Shown in pieces: positions 47,618 to 57,077 of a DNA stretch of 64,000 nucleotides. The stretch's first letter is position 1. Each line of letters begins with the position of its first letter. The translations under genes were made by a program, and so were the position numbers. This stretch comes from Clostridia bacterium. GTDB taxonomy: Bacteria; Bacillota; Clostridia; DUPQ01. A model generated the notes under the pieces. The model did no database searches and had not been told where the DNA came from. It worked only from the letters and a program-made list of their open reading frames with translations. The DNA is taken from the NCBI GenBank assembly GCA_030592085.1, contig JAUUZV010000001.1, positions 807 to 64,806 of the forward strand. Reading direction: 5' to 3'.

Positions 47618-47827
47618 TTATCCTTTGATTCTTTTATCCATTAGATAAGCTAGTGTTCCAGCTTTTTCAAGTTTTGATAGTTCAACTCCAGCAATAACTT
47701 CGTTTAAAACTACCATAACAACATCTGCTTTATCTTTTTTTGAATCAAGATTGTTTATGTTACCAACAACCTTTTTTGTTTGTTCTGTTATTTCTTCAAT
47801 TATTTTTTGTACTGTTTTTTCACTCAT
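47618..47827 (-). CDS. hypothetical small protein
   Basis: 69-aa ORF. Confidence 0.3.
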   Translation of the reverse strand: MSEKTVQKIIEEITEQTKKVVGNINNLDSKKDKADVVMVVLNEVIAGVELSKLEKAGTLAYLMDKRIKG

Positions 47828-47995
47828 TTTAATTCCTCCTTACCCAAACAATGCATGCAAGGGATGTTTTTATCATATTCTACATATTCTTCTGATTCTG
47901 TTACTTTTATTGAACAGCTTCTTAGTTTAGATTTTTTATGAATCCAACCAATAGGGGTTTCAATTATTTCCCAACCACAATGTCTACATAACATT

Positions 47996-48298
47996 TTACA
48001 TTAATTTAGGTGTATCAGGCATATCTCCACCAACTGGTTTTTTTACTTCTATATTATTTGGTGCAATTCCTTGACCTATTACTATTAATTGTTGACAATC
48101 AAATAATTCAGCAGTTACAATTTTCTTATCTTTATCTAATCTAGGTTTTAATTGATATTGAATACATCCGTTATAAAATAATATTTTAGATATTGCAATA
48201 CCTTCAAAACCTGAGATTCTATCTTTAACTAGATGACCTAATGGTATATTCATTAAATCAATGTGTTCAAAGCTTTCTTTTTCTAGTGTTTTTGCCAT
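47996..48298 (-). CDS. hypothetical protein
   Basis: 100-aa ORF. Confidence 0.3.
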   Translation of the reverse strand: MAKTLEKESFEHIDLMNIPLGHLVKDRISGFEGIAISKILFYNGCIQYQLKPRLDKDKKIVTAELFDCQQLIVIGQGIAPNNIEVKKPVGGDMPDTPKLM

Positions 48299-48310
48299 TT
48301 TTGCCTCGTA

Positions 48311-48532
48311 TTATTTTTTTATAATTTTTCTTATTCTTTTATTAATCCATTGATTACAACATAGACATTTTTTACCTTCTTGTATCATTTTAAATTTTTC
48401 AATAATCTTTAAACCAGCTTTATTTCTATCATATCTAACATTAGATAATTCAACAATATCTCCAGTTTTATAATCTCTTCTTATCCAAGGACTATAACAT
48501 TTATCAATATTAATTATTTTTACTTTATACAT
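48311..48532 (-). CDS. small basic Cys-containing protein
   Basis: 73 aa with CLCCNQW. Confidence 0.3.
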   Translation of the reverse strand: MYKVKIINIDKCYSPWIRRDYKTGDIVELSNVRYDRNKAGLKIIEKFKMIQEGKKCLCCNQWINKRIRKIIKK

Positions 48533-48533
48533 T

Positions 48534-48974
48534 TTATTTCTTTTTTATAAACATTATACAACCAACACTACCAATAAGTGCAATCATAGTTGTTATTGGA
48601 TTAAATTCTGGAATTTCTTGAGATGTTGGAGGTGAATATTGAGTTGATCTTGACACAGATCCTCTACCATTTTCAAATTTTCTATAAATAAAATTTGTAA
48701 ACGTATCGGTTTCTTCTGTCTCCCATAATGTTGTTATAAAACTACCTGATTGTGACGTTTTAATATATCCTACTAATTTTGTTTGTAATATATCATTCTT
48801 TTCAGCAGTAACAAACCAATTAAACTCACATTCTGGTTCAAACCCCCAACCATAAAAATATACGATAGTATCTGTTATTAAAGAGTTAGTTTCTCCAACA
48901 CCACAAAGCTCATCTGAACCAAAAACTATTGTTGCCATAAATAATACACCCAAAATTAATATTAATTTTTTCAT
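48534..48974 (-). CDS. secreted protein with C-terminal TM anchor
   Basis: Signal MKKLILILGVLFMATIVFGS and a C-terminal hydrophobic segment ending KKK. Confidence 0.4.
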   Translation of the reverse strand: MKKLILILGVLFMATIVFGSDELCGVGETNSLITDTIVYFYGWGFEPECEFNWFVTAEKNDILQTKLVGYIKTSQSGSFITTLWETEETDTFTNFIYRKFENGRGSVSRSTQYSPPTSQEIPEFNPITTMIALIGSVGCIMFIKKK

Positions 48975-49348
48975 TTTTTCACCTTTATTGATAATAGCTG
49001 TGATCGTATTTTTTTTTCAGCAAAACTTTCAAAGTTATTAGTAGCTCGCCATATAATATGCCATTTATTTTGATACCATATTCTAGCTTCTAAAGTAGTA
49101 TTCCAACCACCAAATAATGCTAAATATAATAGTTTTTGGTTTAAAAGTATTTTATACCAACATTTATCACCACGATATAAATCTTTTACTTTCATACCTA
49201 TCCAATGCCAACCTTCCATTCCATCATTCATATCTCGTATACAAGTAATTTCTATCCTACCATCTTCATATTTATCATCTTTAATTAATAGTGCAGTGGC
49301 TTCAATTATTGTATAATCCATTGGATTAGGTTCTTTTATTTGAATCAT
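48971..49348 (-). CDS. hypothetical Trp-rich protein
   Basis: 125-aa ORF. Confidence 0.35.
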   Translation of the reverse strand: MIQIKEPNPMDYTIIEATALLIKDDKYEDGRIEITCIRDMNDGMEGWHWIGMKVKDLYRGDKCWYKILLNQKLLYLALFGGWNTTLEARIWYQNKWHIIWRATNNFESFAEKKIRSQLLSIKVKK

Positions 49349-49483
49349 TTTTTATATCCAATAATTAATAAAACTATAGCAATTAAAAAACATAAATAAA
49401 TCAACCATCTAGGCATGGGAAACACTGCTTCTTTATTAACATATTTTAGATATTTTATTAGTTTTTTATATTTTTTCATTTTT

Positions 49484-50137
49484 TCATATTCTTCTTGCTG
49501 CTATTTTTCCTTTTTCTTTTCTATATCTTCTTAATAAAGTTGAGGTAGTAACACCAATTGTTTTAGCTATTTCAGACCACGAATATACAAATTTACCTGT
49601 GTCTTTATCTGTTACAGCTAAAAAATTTTCGACTTGTTTCCAATTAATTTTTGCTTTTGGTCTTCCAAACTTTTCAGGATTGTTCTTATATGCGATATCT
49701 CTACCAATTCTAGTATTATCTATTATAGTTTCTCTTTGCCATTCAGCAACACTAGCCATAATACCCATAACCATTCTTCCAAATGTGTTTGCAGTATCTA
49801 AACTTTGTTCTACAAATTTAAGATGTATATTTATTTTTTGTAATTCTTTTTGAGTATTAATCATTTGTTGTAAATTTCTACCGAATCTATCAACTCTTAG
49901 ACAATATATTTTATCAAATTTTTTTTCTTTAGCATCTATAATCATTTTTAAAAAATCTTTCATATATTCTTGTGACTTACCACTAATATATTGATCTACA
50001 TAACTTTTATAGAATTCATTATCATCAACACTAATCTGCTTATTACATTTATCTAATTGGTTTTGAATACTTTTTGCGATGTATTCACCTTGTTCCTTTC
50101 TAGTTGGACTAACTCGTGCGTATATTGCCGCTTTCAT
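49484..50137 (-). CDS. small serine recombinase (resolvase/invertase family)
   Basis: N-terminal AAIYARVSPTRKEQ contains the catalytic Ser context, plus SIQNQ. C-terminal HTH is IAKTIGVTTSTLLRRYR. Confidence 0.7.
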   Translation of the reverse strand: MKAAIYARVSPTRKEQGEYIAKSIQNQLDKCNKQISVDDNEFYKSYVDQYISGKSQEYMKDFLKMIIDAKEKKFDKIYCLRVDRFGRNLQQMINTQKELQKINIHLKFVEQSLDTANTFGRMVMGIMASVAEWQRETIIDNTRIGRDIAYKNNPEKFGRPKAKINWKQVENFLAVTDKDTGKFVYSWSEIAKTIGVTTSTLLRRYRKEKGKIAARRI

Positions 50138-50467
50138 TTTTACCCGTTATTTTTATTTTAAATTAAATATACATTTTATAATATGTATTATTAATACACT
50201 ATTTTGTTTATAACACCTAATTATCTATACTTAGTTTTAAATAATAAAGACATTTAAATACTTTTACCAATTTGAATTAGTATAATCAAGTATATAATCA
50301 ACCAGAATTCACAAATAACTATTAAAACATGGTAAATCAACGTAATATTTATTAGATATTGCCGCTGTTTTAAGTGAAAAAAACGGTTTATCGAGCGATT
50401 TTGCCCCTATGAAACTTTAGAAAAAGCAATAATTATATTAAATTCATAGTGAAAATAAAGATGTCAA

Positions 50468-50800
50468 TTATCTATATATGTGAATAACACCTATACCTTG
50501 ACATTCCATATTCCAACCATGTTTAGTTAACATTTCAGTAAACTTTTTACGGTATCTGTATTGATCTACAGGTTCATATTCAAAGCCAAATTCTTCTGAA
50601 GCCTCTTTCATTAAGTAAGGTTCTTCGTTTAAAGACGGATCATATATTAATGTTAAAAGTGTTCCATCAGTACGTAAATGTATTGAATTATTATTTGTTT
50701 TTTTAAGAACATATAACATTTGTTCTTGATATTTCCTTTCTAATTTACCAATAAAAGATTTAATTTTAACTAATATTTCGCTTGGTACTGTTTGTTTCAT
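50468..50800 (-). CDS. hypothetical protein
   Basis: 110-aa ORF. Confidence 0.3.
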   Translation of the reverse strand: MKQTVPSEILVKIKSFIGKLERKYQEQMLYVLKKTNNNSIHLRTDGTLLTLIYDPSLNEEPYLMKEASEEFGFEYEPVDQYRYRKKFTEMLTKHGWNMECQGIGVIHIYR

Positions 50801-50811
50801 TTTTTACCTCA

Positions 50812-51168
50812 TTAAACTATTGGTCTTCCATCATCATAGTATGATATCAAATCATCATCACTATGTTCTTCTTTATCACTAGCAATTTTTGGTTTTTCAT
50901 AATCTTTTAATCCATTTGTTAATTTTTTTACATCTCTTATATATGCATAATACCCATATCCACCTTGTGAGAAAGGATTTCTCGCTGAATCAACTTTTAA
51001 TAGCAAACCTAATTTTTTATCTTCTATTATCATAGTTTCTCCTTCTCCATAATAAGGAGCAGGTCTACCTTCTTTGATAATAAATCTTCTACCTACTTTA
51101 GTACCTCGTTTAAAAAAAGCAGCTAAACTAGTTTCAAGTTTTTGTTGTATTTGATAATCTAGTTCCAT
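50812..51168 (-). CDS. hypothetical protein
   Basis: 118-aa ORF. Confidence 0.3.
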   Translation of the reverse strand: MELDYQIQQKLETSLAAFFKRGTKVGRRFIIKEGRPAPYYGEGETMIIEDKKLGLLLKVDSARNPFSQGGYGYYAYIRDVKKLTNGLKDYEKPKIASDKEEHSDDDLISYYDDGRPIV

Positions 51169-51346
51169 TTCTTTTCACCTTTTTAATATTTATTTATTGT
51201 TTAACATTACCAGTTAAATTTAATTTTCTGAAAACGTTAGATATTTCATCTACTAATATATTCTGTAGCATTTGTGTATCTGCATTTTTAAATTTAGAGT
51301 TATGCATAGCTTTTACATTTGTTATTTTTATTACCATTTTTTCACC

Positions 51347-51802
51347 TCATATTAATTTTAACCATATAATTTTCATTTTTAATTTAAGTGGAACAGATGC
51401 TTTACCTTTAACATCATCATACCAAAGATCACCTTTTTCTTTATAAATTTCAAATAATTCTGATACAATTTTCTCTTTCACATACACATTATAACATCCT
51501 GTAGGCCTATTAATTTTAACTATCTTAGCATCTTGTATTGAAATATATATATTTCTTTCATCAGTATTAATGCAAAAATTTTCACCCTCAAAATATTTTA
51601 GATTAATTTTTTTCTCAACAATTGGAATAATATCATCCACATTAATTCGTTCAAATTTCTCATTTGTTTTTATTATTGATGTGACTGTAGTTGTAGGCTC
51701 AAATATAACAACTTCTCGACCAAAAAAATTAAATCTAAATGCAGATACATTTATACTTAATATTACGAGTAATAACATTAATATTATTAATTTCTTTTTC
51801 AT
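51347..51802 (-). CDS. secreted protein, hypothetical
   Basis: Signal MKKKLIILMLLLVILSINVSA. Confidence 0.4.
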   Translation of the reverse strand: MKKKLIILMLLLVILSINVSAFRFNFFGREVVIFEPTTTVTSIIKTNEKFERINVDDIIPIVEKKINLKYFEGENFCINTDERNIYISIQDAKIVKINRPTGCYNVYVKEKIVSELFEIYKEKGDLWYDDVKGKASVPLKLKMKIIWLKLI

Positions 51803-52230
51803 TTATTTGCCTCATACATCTCAACTAAATAGTCGCCACAATTCTTCGTTAGAGTCGTTGTATCAAAATTACAAAGTTTTTCATCAGTCATTTTTTATCA
51901 CCTAAATGAAATCCATATTTTCTACCTGATAATGTTTCTTCTCCATAATCTATTGCTGAAACGTAATTATATTTTTTCTTATAATTATTAATTATTTTAT
52001 TAATATTTCTTAGTTTTATATATCTTATTATTATTTTGTCAGTCATTTTTATCACATACGCCAGCATTAGTTAATATAAACCTTAAATAATGAACACAAT
52101 ATTTGTTTGCATCATGATAACATAATTTTCTTGATTGCTCTCTTAATTGCTCTGTTGTTGCAACTAACGCTTCGCTCGAAGTTGCTTGGTAATCCTTACA
52201 TAAGTTATCAATGCTCATTAGTATATAAAT

Positions 52231-55200
52231 CTAACTATTTTTAGGTAGTCTAGATATAACGACAGCAACCAGTATTATTAAAAAACTTGATAATATAATT
52301 AATACTGATGGTTGACTGAAAAAATCACCTGGATTTTCTCTTATTAAATCTAATTGTGCTTTGCCTTTATCTAATATATCTTTTATTGTTACATCAATTA
52401 TTGGAATATCAATAATACTAAGTGGTATTACATTATTCTTACTTACAACTTCATATTCAACTAATAAAGATTCATTTCTATAATTAAATGATGTCTTATA
52501 TAAATATATTTCAATTACTTCTTCATAATTGCCTATTACAGACTCATCAATTAAAAATTCTACTTTTTTCGTGTCTTGTGGTAATATAACAAATCTTTTA
52601 GAGTCATGATTTAATTTAGTTACCATTTCAATTGTTAATGGTATACTAATCTCTTTATTTATTATATCAAATGTAGCATAAGCAGTATCACCCTCTTTAT
52701 ATTTAATATCTAACTTACCAGGAGTAATTTCATAATAAATTTCTTGTCCTGTTCCACCTGATCCACTTCCACCACTTCCACTACCAGTATCTAAACTAGT
52801 TGTATCAATAATAAATGCTTCTGTTGATGAAGTCCCAACATTATTCAAAGTATCATTACAAACAACATACCAAGTATGAATTCCAGAAGCTATTGTATCC
52901 TTACTAAATGAATGATCAATACTTTGATTAACGTTTATTTCTGTATTTATTAATGTGCTATCCATATACAATAAACAATCCGTAACATTCAAATCATCAC
53001 TTACATTATATGTGAATGATGTTGCATGGCTAGGAATTAATAATGAATTAATAGGTGAAATCATTGTTATTAATGGTGTAGAAGTATCTATATAAATTGT
53101 TATAATATCACTAGAACAAAGAGGTACTGTTGTACTATCTTCACAGCTTTCAATTATAACATCATATGATCCATCTAAATACACTGATGTATTTATTTGA
53201 TATGATGTTGTGGTTGAATTTATTGTAGACGAAACAACACTACCATTTATAGTAACATTTGTTATATATGCATCTTGATTAGCTGCACTATTATTCCAAG
53301 TTACATTAAAATCTCCACCATGATTACTATCATTATCAGGTGTTAATATTAAAACAGTTGGTGGAAAATTTACTTCATATGTTGATGAACTACATTCAGT
53401 ATTTAATCCTCCTGTTATTGGGTCAATAATAAAAGTTGAAGACAAACCATCATAAAAAATTGCGTTGGGGGCAACTATATCAACGATGGCAACATCTTCA
53501 ACTTCACTATATTCAACATTCCAGCCTGATAAAATAGCATCATCAAATTGATAAACTATATTTCTATTATTATCAATTATTCTATCTCTATTTCTATCAT
53601 CAAGATATTCCATATATTCACAATTATCAACACATTCGTAAGTTAATCTCAACTTATATAAATTTTGATTTACATCAACTTTATTAATTGTGAAATCTGT
53701 TTTAATATGTCTACCATTATCCACCCATTCATCAGTAACAACAATACCATAATTTGAAATTACTAATGGTGTATTTGACTCATCAAGATATTCTAAAGTT
53801 CTCTTAATTACTACTCCAGACATATTATAAGTTGTTTCATGAGTAATTTCATTACTAACATAAGTAATTGTTGGATCTATAAATACAGGATACACTGTTG
53901 AAACATCAGTTAAAAAACTATATGACGTTTCAATCACAATAAATAAACTAGCACCTGTTTTCTTAAATAAATAATTTAATTCCACAGAATTACCAGCACT
54001 ATCATATGCCATTGGTTTAGCTAAAACATAAAGAACATTTCCACTATCATCTTTAATTGATGCACTATTACTAGTACGTAATTCACTAGATTTATCCCAA
54101 TCTTCACCATCAATAACAACATGATTTGAGTCTGTTTCAATAAGGAAATCTAAATCTAAATGAACATTTCCACCTGCTAAAATATATGATGCTGGAACTA
54201 ATAAATCATTAAAATCTCCAATAATTAATCTTTCTTTAACAGAAGCTCCTGAAGATTCATATGTCAAGTTAAAACCAACTCCATAAGCATTAGGATAAAT
54301 AAAAGTTACTCCGTCAGCATCAGGAATTCCAGTTACAGATTGTATCATACTAACTTGTTCAATTTGTGATAAATCATTACGATAATTCAGGGCCATAGGT
54401 TGAAAAGTTGTTTCAAACCCACCCTTATTTGATGAAATCACTTGGCCAAATGTTGGATTATCCTTAAAATATGTGATATAATCTGATCCATTTATCATAT
54501 AATTATAGTCAATATAAACTACAGGTTCCAAAAGCGATGTTAAAGCTCCTGGTGTTGTATAAGCAAAGTTCAAAAGCCCTTGAATTATCGGTGAATCAGT
54601 CAATGAATCTCTTGCACACACTTCAATTGTATTTATTTGCTCACCACAACTAGTTGTGTCAATATTATCAGTTATATTAATAAATGTTCCAGCCGTCCAA
54701 GTGGTTGTATTTGTATATACATAAGTTCCTGATTCACACATTAAAGATACGTTTGTTACATCAACATATGGATCTTCAATTGTGGCATTCAAAATTAAAT
54801 TATAATATTGTGTAATTGTATTATTTGATGTTGATGGATAATATATATTAATAAATGGAGGTTCTGTATCAAATACATAACTTCTAGTTGACGAAAGAGT
54901 TATATCTTCACTATCTGTACAATTAATATACCAAGAATATGTTCCATCTATTTCTAATGTGCCATATAAAACTGTTGTAATGCTAGAATCTACTGATGAG
55001 TTTGTAGAATTTATTATACTATCTACATATAAACTACAACTTACAGTATCTGCATCATTTTCAAGAACAGAAAATGTTGCAGATATATTAACTTTATCAT
55101 GCTTTCCATCTACTGGAGATATTAATGTAATACTAGGCTCAGTATTTTGAACTGTAAAACTTTCTCCTTCAAATACAGACGAGTTAAATGTTGTTGTTGT

Positions 55201-56175
55201 GGCTTTTGCATAACAAGTTATTGTATCACTTTTATCGCAACCTGAAATTGTACAATCAATTGTATCATTATCAGACCAATCTTGTAAAGTTCCAGCTGAC
55301 TCATTCCATTTATAATGATATGTTATAGACTCACTATCAGTTGAACCAGACGCATTACAAGTTATTATATCATTAGTTTTTGGAGTTGAATTACTTACCG
55401 TTGCTGATGTTGGTATTGTTGGTGGGGTATCACTAGTAAATGGATAAAAACCATCACTTGTATTACTCGCTAAAATCGTTATCATTTCTTGAGTTATATC
55501 GTCAGTTACCCATATATAACATTCGTCTAAATTACCTGTCCATCCTCCACCTATATCGTTAGCATAACCATTAAAAAAAGTCAATTCATCTGTAGATGAA
55601 CCTGCCCATGAAGTAACACTATTACTATTTACTAAAACACCATCTTCATAAGCATATGTTCCTGTACTATTAACTTTCATTAATATATGATACCAAAACC
55701 CTGTAATTATAGAGTTTCCTGCTAAATGTGCACCATTATAATAAGAAATACAATCTAAACCTCCACAATGTCCTGCATTATTTGTTAACCAATGTAAACC
55801 ACTGCTAGTTGTTGCTGGTGCGGAATTAAAATCAAAAAGTCTTCCTGAAGTAGTACCAGATTGTTGATTAAACCAACACGAAACAGTACCAGTTTTCCCA
55901 GCTAAAATATGACTATTCGTACTCATACAATATCTATTATCTGATGCGTCAGGATTTCTTAATGCAGTATCTGCTATACCCTCAACACCAGAAGTATTAC
56001 TTAATCCTGCAGTATCAAAAGTAGAAACATTTCCAATTAAATCTGTACAATCATAACTCATATTTATAACTGCAGCAGGTACAGGTATTACTAAAGCACT
56101 AACTATTAAACTTGATATTAAAAACAAAGCAAAACATAATAGTATTATTATAATTTTTCTTATTTTATTTTTCAT
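52231..56175 (-). CDS. giant secreted type-I membrane protein (about 1314 aa) with a LamG/concanavalin-like domain candidate and C-terminal TM
   Basis: Start taken at MKNKIRKIIIILLCF (signal). GTVSCWFNQQSG..(n)..GFWYHILMKVNSTGTYAYEDGVL is LamG-like. A GSGSGGSGSGG linker precedes the C-terminal TM ...ISRLPKNS. The start overlaps the upstream stop in TAATG. Confidence 0.5.
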   Translation of the reverse strand: MKNKIRKIIIILLCFALFLISSLIVSALVIPVPAAVINMSYDCTDLIGNVSTFDTAGLSNTSGVEGIADTALRNPDASDNRYCMSTNSHILAGKTGTVSCWFNQQSGTTSGRLFDFNSAPATTSSGLHWLTNNAGHCGGLDCISYYNGAHLAGNSIITGFWYHILMKVNSTGTYAYEDGVLVNSNSVTSWAGSSTDELTFFNGYANDIGGGWTGNLDECYIWVTDDITQEMITILASNTSDGFYPFTSDTPPTIPTSATVSNSTPKTNDIITCNASGSTDSESITYHYKWNESAGTLQDWSDNDTIDCTISGCDKSDTITCYAKATTTTFNSSVFEGESFTVQNTEPSITLISPVDGKHDKVNISATFSVLENDADTVSCSLYVDSIINSTNSSVDSSITTVLYGTLEIDGTYSWYINCTDSEDITLSSTRSYVFDTEPPFINIYYPSTSNNTITQYYNLILNATIEDPYVDVTNVSLMCESGTYVYTNTTTWTAGTFINITDNIDTTSCGEQINTIEVCARDSLTDSPIIQGLLNFAYTTPGALTSLLEPVVYIDYNYMINGSDYITYFKDNPTFGQVISSNKGGFETTFQPMALNYRNDLSQIEQVSMIQSVTGIPDADGVTFIYPNAYGVGFNLTYESSGASVKERLIIGDFNDLLVPASYILAGGNVHLDLDFLIETDSNHVVIDGEDWDKSSELRTSNSASIKDDSGNVLYVLAKPMAYDSAGNSVELNYLFKKTGASLFIVIETSYSFLTDVSTVYPVFIDPTITYVSNEITHETTYNMSGVVIKRTLEYLDESNTPLVISNYGIVVTDEWVDNGRHIKTDFTINKVDVNQNLYKLRLTYECVDNCEYMEYLDDRNRDRIIDNNRNIVYQFDDAILSGWNVEYSEVEDVAIVDIVAPNAIFYDGLSSTFIIDPITGGLNTECSSSTYEVNFPPTVLILTPDNDSNHGGDFNVTWNNSAANQDAYITNVTINGSVVSSTINSTTTSYQINTSVYLDGSYDVIIESCEDSTTVPLCSSDIITIYIDTSTPLITMISPINSLLIPSHATSFTYNVSDDLNVTDCLLYMDSTLINTEINVNQSIDHSFSKDTIASGIHTWYVVCNDTLNNVGTSSTEAFIIDTTSLDTGSGSGGSGSGGTGQEIYYEITPGKLDIKYKEGDTAYATFDIINKEISIPLTIEMVTKLNHDSKRFVILPQDTKKVEFLIDESVIGNYEEVIEIYLYKTSFNYRNESLLVEYEVVSKNNVIPLSIIDIPIIDVTIKDILDKGKAQLDLIRENPGDFFSQPSVLIILSSFLIILVAVVISRLPKNS

Positions 56176-57077
56176 TAGTAAATCACCTTCATTATATAGT
56201 AAAGCATTATGCTTAATATTATTGTAATAAAAAAAGTTATTAATAAATTCATCCACCAATTAACCCTTTTAGATAATATTAATAACGAAAATGTAAATAT
56301 AAAAATTAATATAGATATAACATATAATCTTAAATTTATATTATATCCTTGAATAACCGTTTGTACTATTTTATAATTAAAAGCATCGTTTAAAAAACTA
56401 TTGCTTTCATCAAATTTTTCTGCTGGTCCATCAATAAAATACTCACCAGACTCTGCAACTGAAACTGTTTGTGGTACTATCATAAAACTTAATAAAATAT
56501 TAGCTAATAATATTATAAAAATACTAATTATAATTTTAATACCAATATCCATATCTACATACTTTATCAATAAAATAGTTCCAAAAATAATAATTATTGT
56601 AAATACATAAAATGAAATATCAAAAAAAAATATTTTTACTTTTGAAGTTAATGTTTTAACAATACTTAAAAACATATTTTTAGTAACACTAGATTGTTTT
56701 AATGCGTAAGTATAACTAATTGGTATTACAATATTAAAGCATGTATCAGAAATAATTATTAATTCTTCTTCAATATTATCAGTTCCATCATATAATCTTA
56801 CTATACTTAATTCTTGTTCTGAATTACTAACTATAGAACTTTTTTCACCTTTAATCTCAAATAAATCATTATTTACTATATATTTAGGTATAATAGTAAT
56901 GTTTTCATTATTTTTAACATTAAGTCTTAATACCAAATTATCTTGATAAAAATCAAGTTTTTCTGGATTAATTTTAAAGTCACAATCTTTTTTTGTAGAT
57001 GATACTGTATAATTTACAGCACTAACAGTAATCATTAGACTTAATAATATAAAAATCCATAATAATTGTTTCTTCAT
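56175..57077 (-). CDS. secreted protein consisting only of the conserved C-terminal anchoring module (beta domain plus polytopic membrane region)
   Basis: Signal MKKQLLWIFILLSLMITVSA. Homologous to the last ~300 aa of ORF 57074..59584 (KKDC.F...P..L.F.Q..LVL...KN.E...IP.Y..(n)..LLSF.IVPQ). Confidence 0.5.
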   Translation of the reverse strand: MKKQLLWIFILLSLMITVSAVNYTVSSTKKDCDFKINPEKLDFYQDNLVLRLNVKNNENITIIPKYIVNNDLFEIKGEKSSIVSNSEQELSIVRLYDGTDNIEEELIIISDTCFNIVIPISYTYALKQSSVTKNMFLSIVKTLTSKVKIFFFDISFYVFTIIIIFGTILLIKYVDMDIGIKIIISIFIILLANILLSFMIVPQTVSVAESGEYFIDGPAEKFDESNSFLNDAFNYKIVQTVIQGYNINLRLYVISILIFIFTFSLLILSKRVNWWMNLLITFFITIILSIMLYYIMKVIY

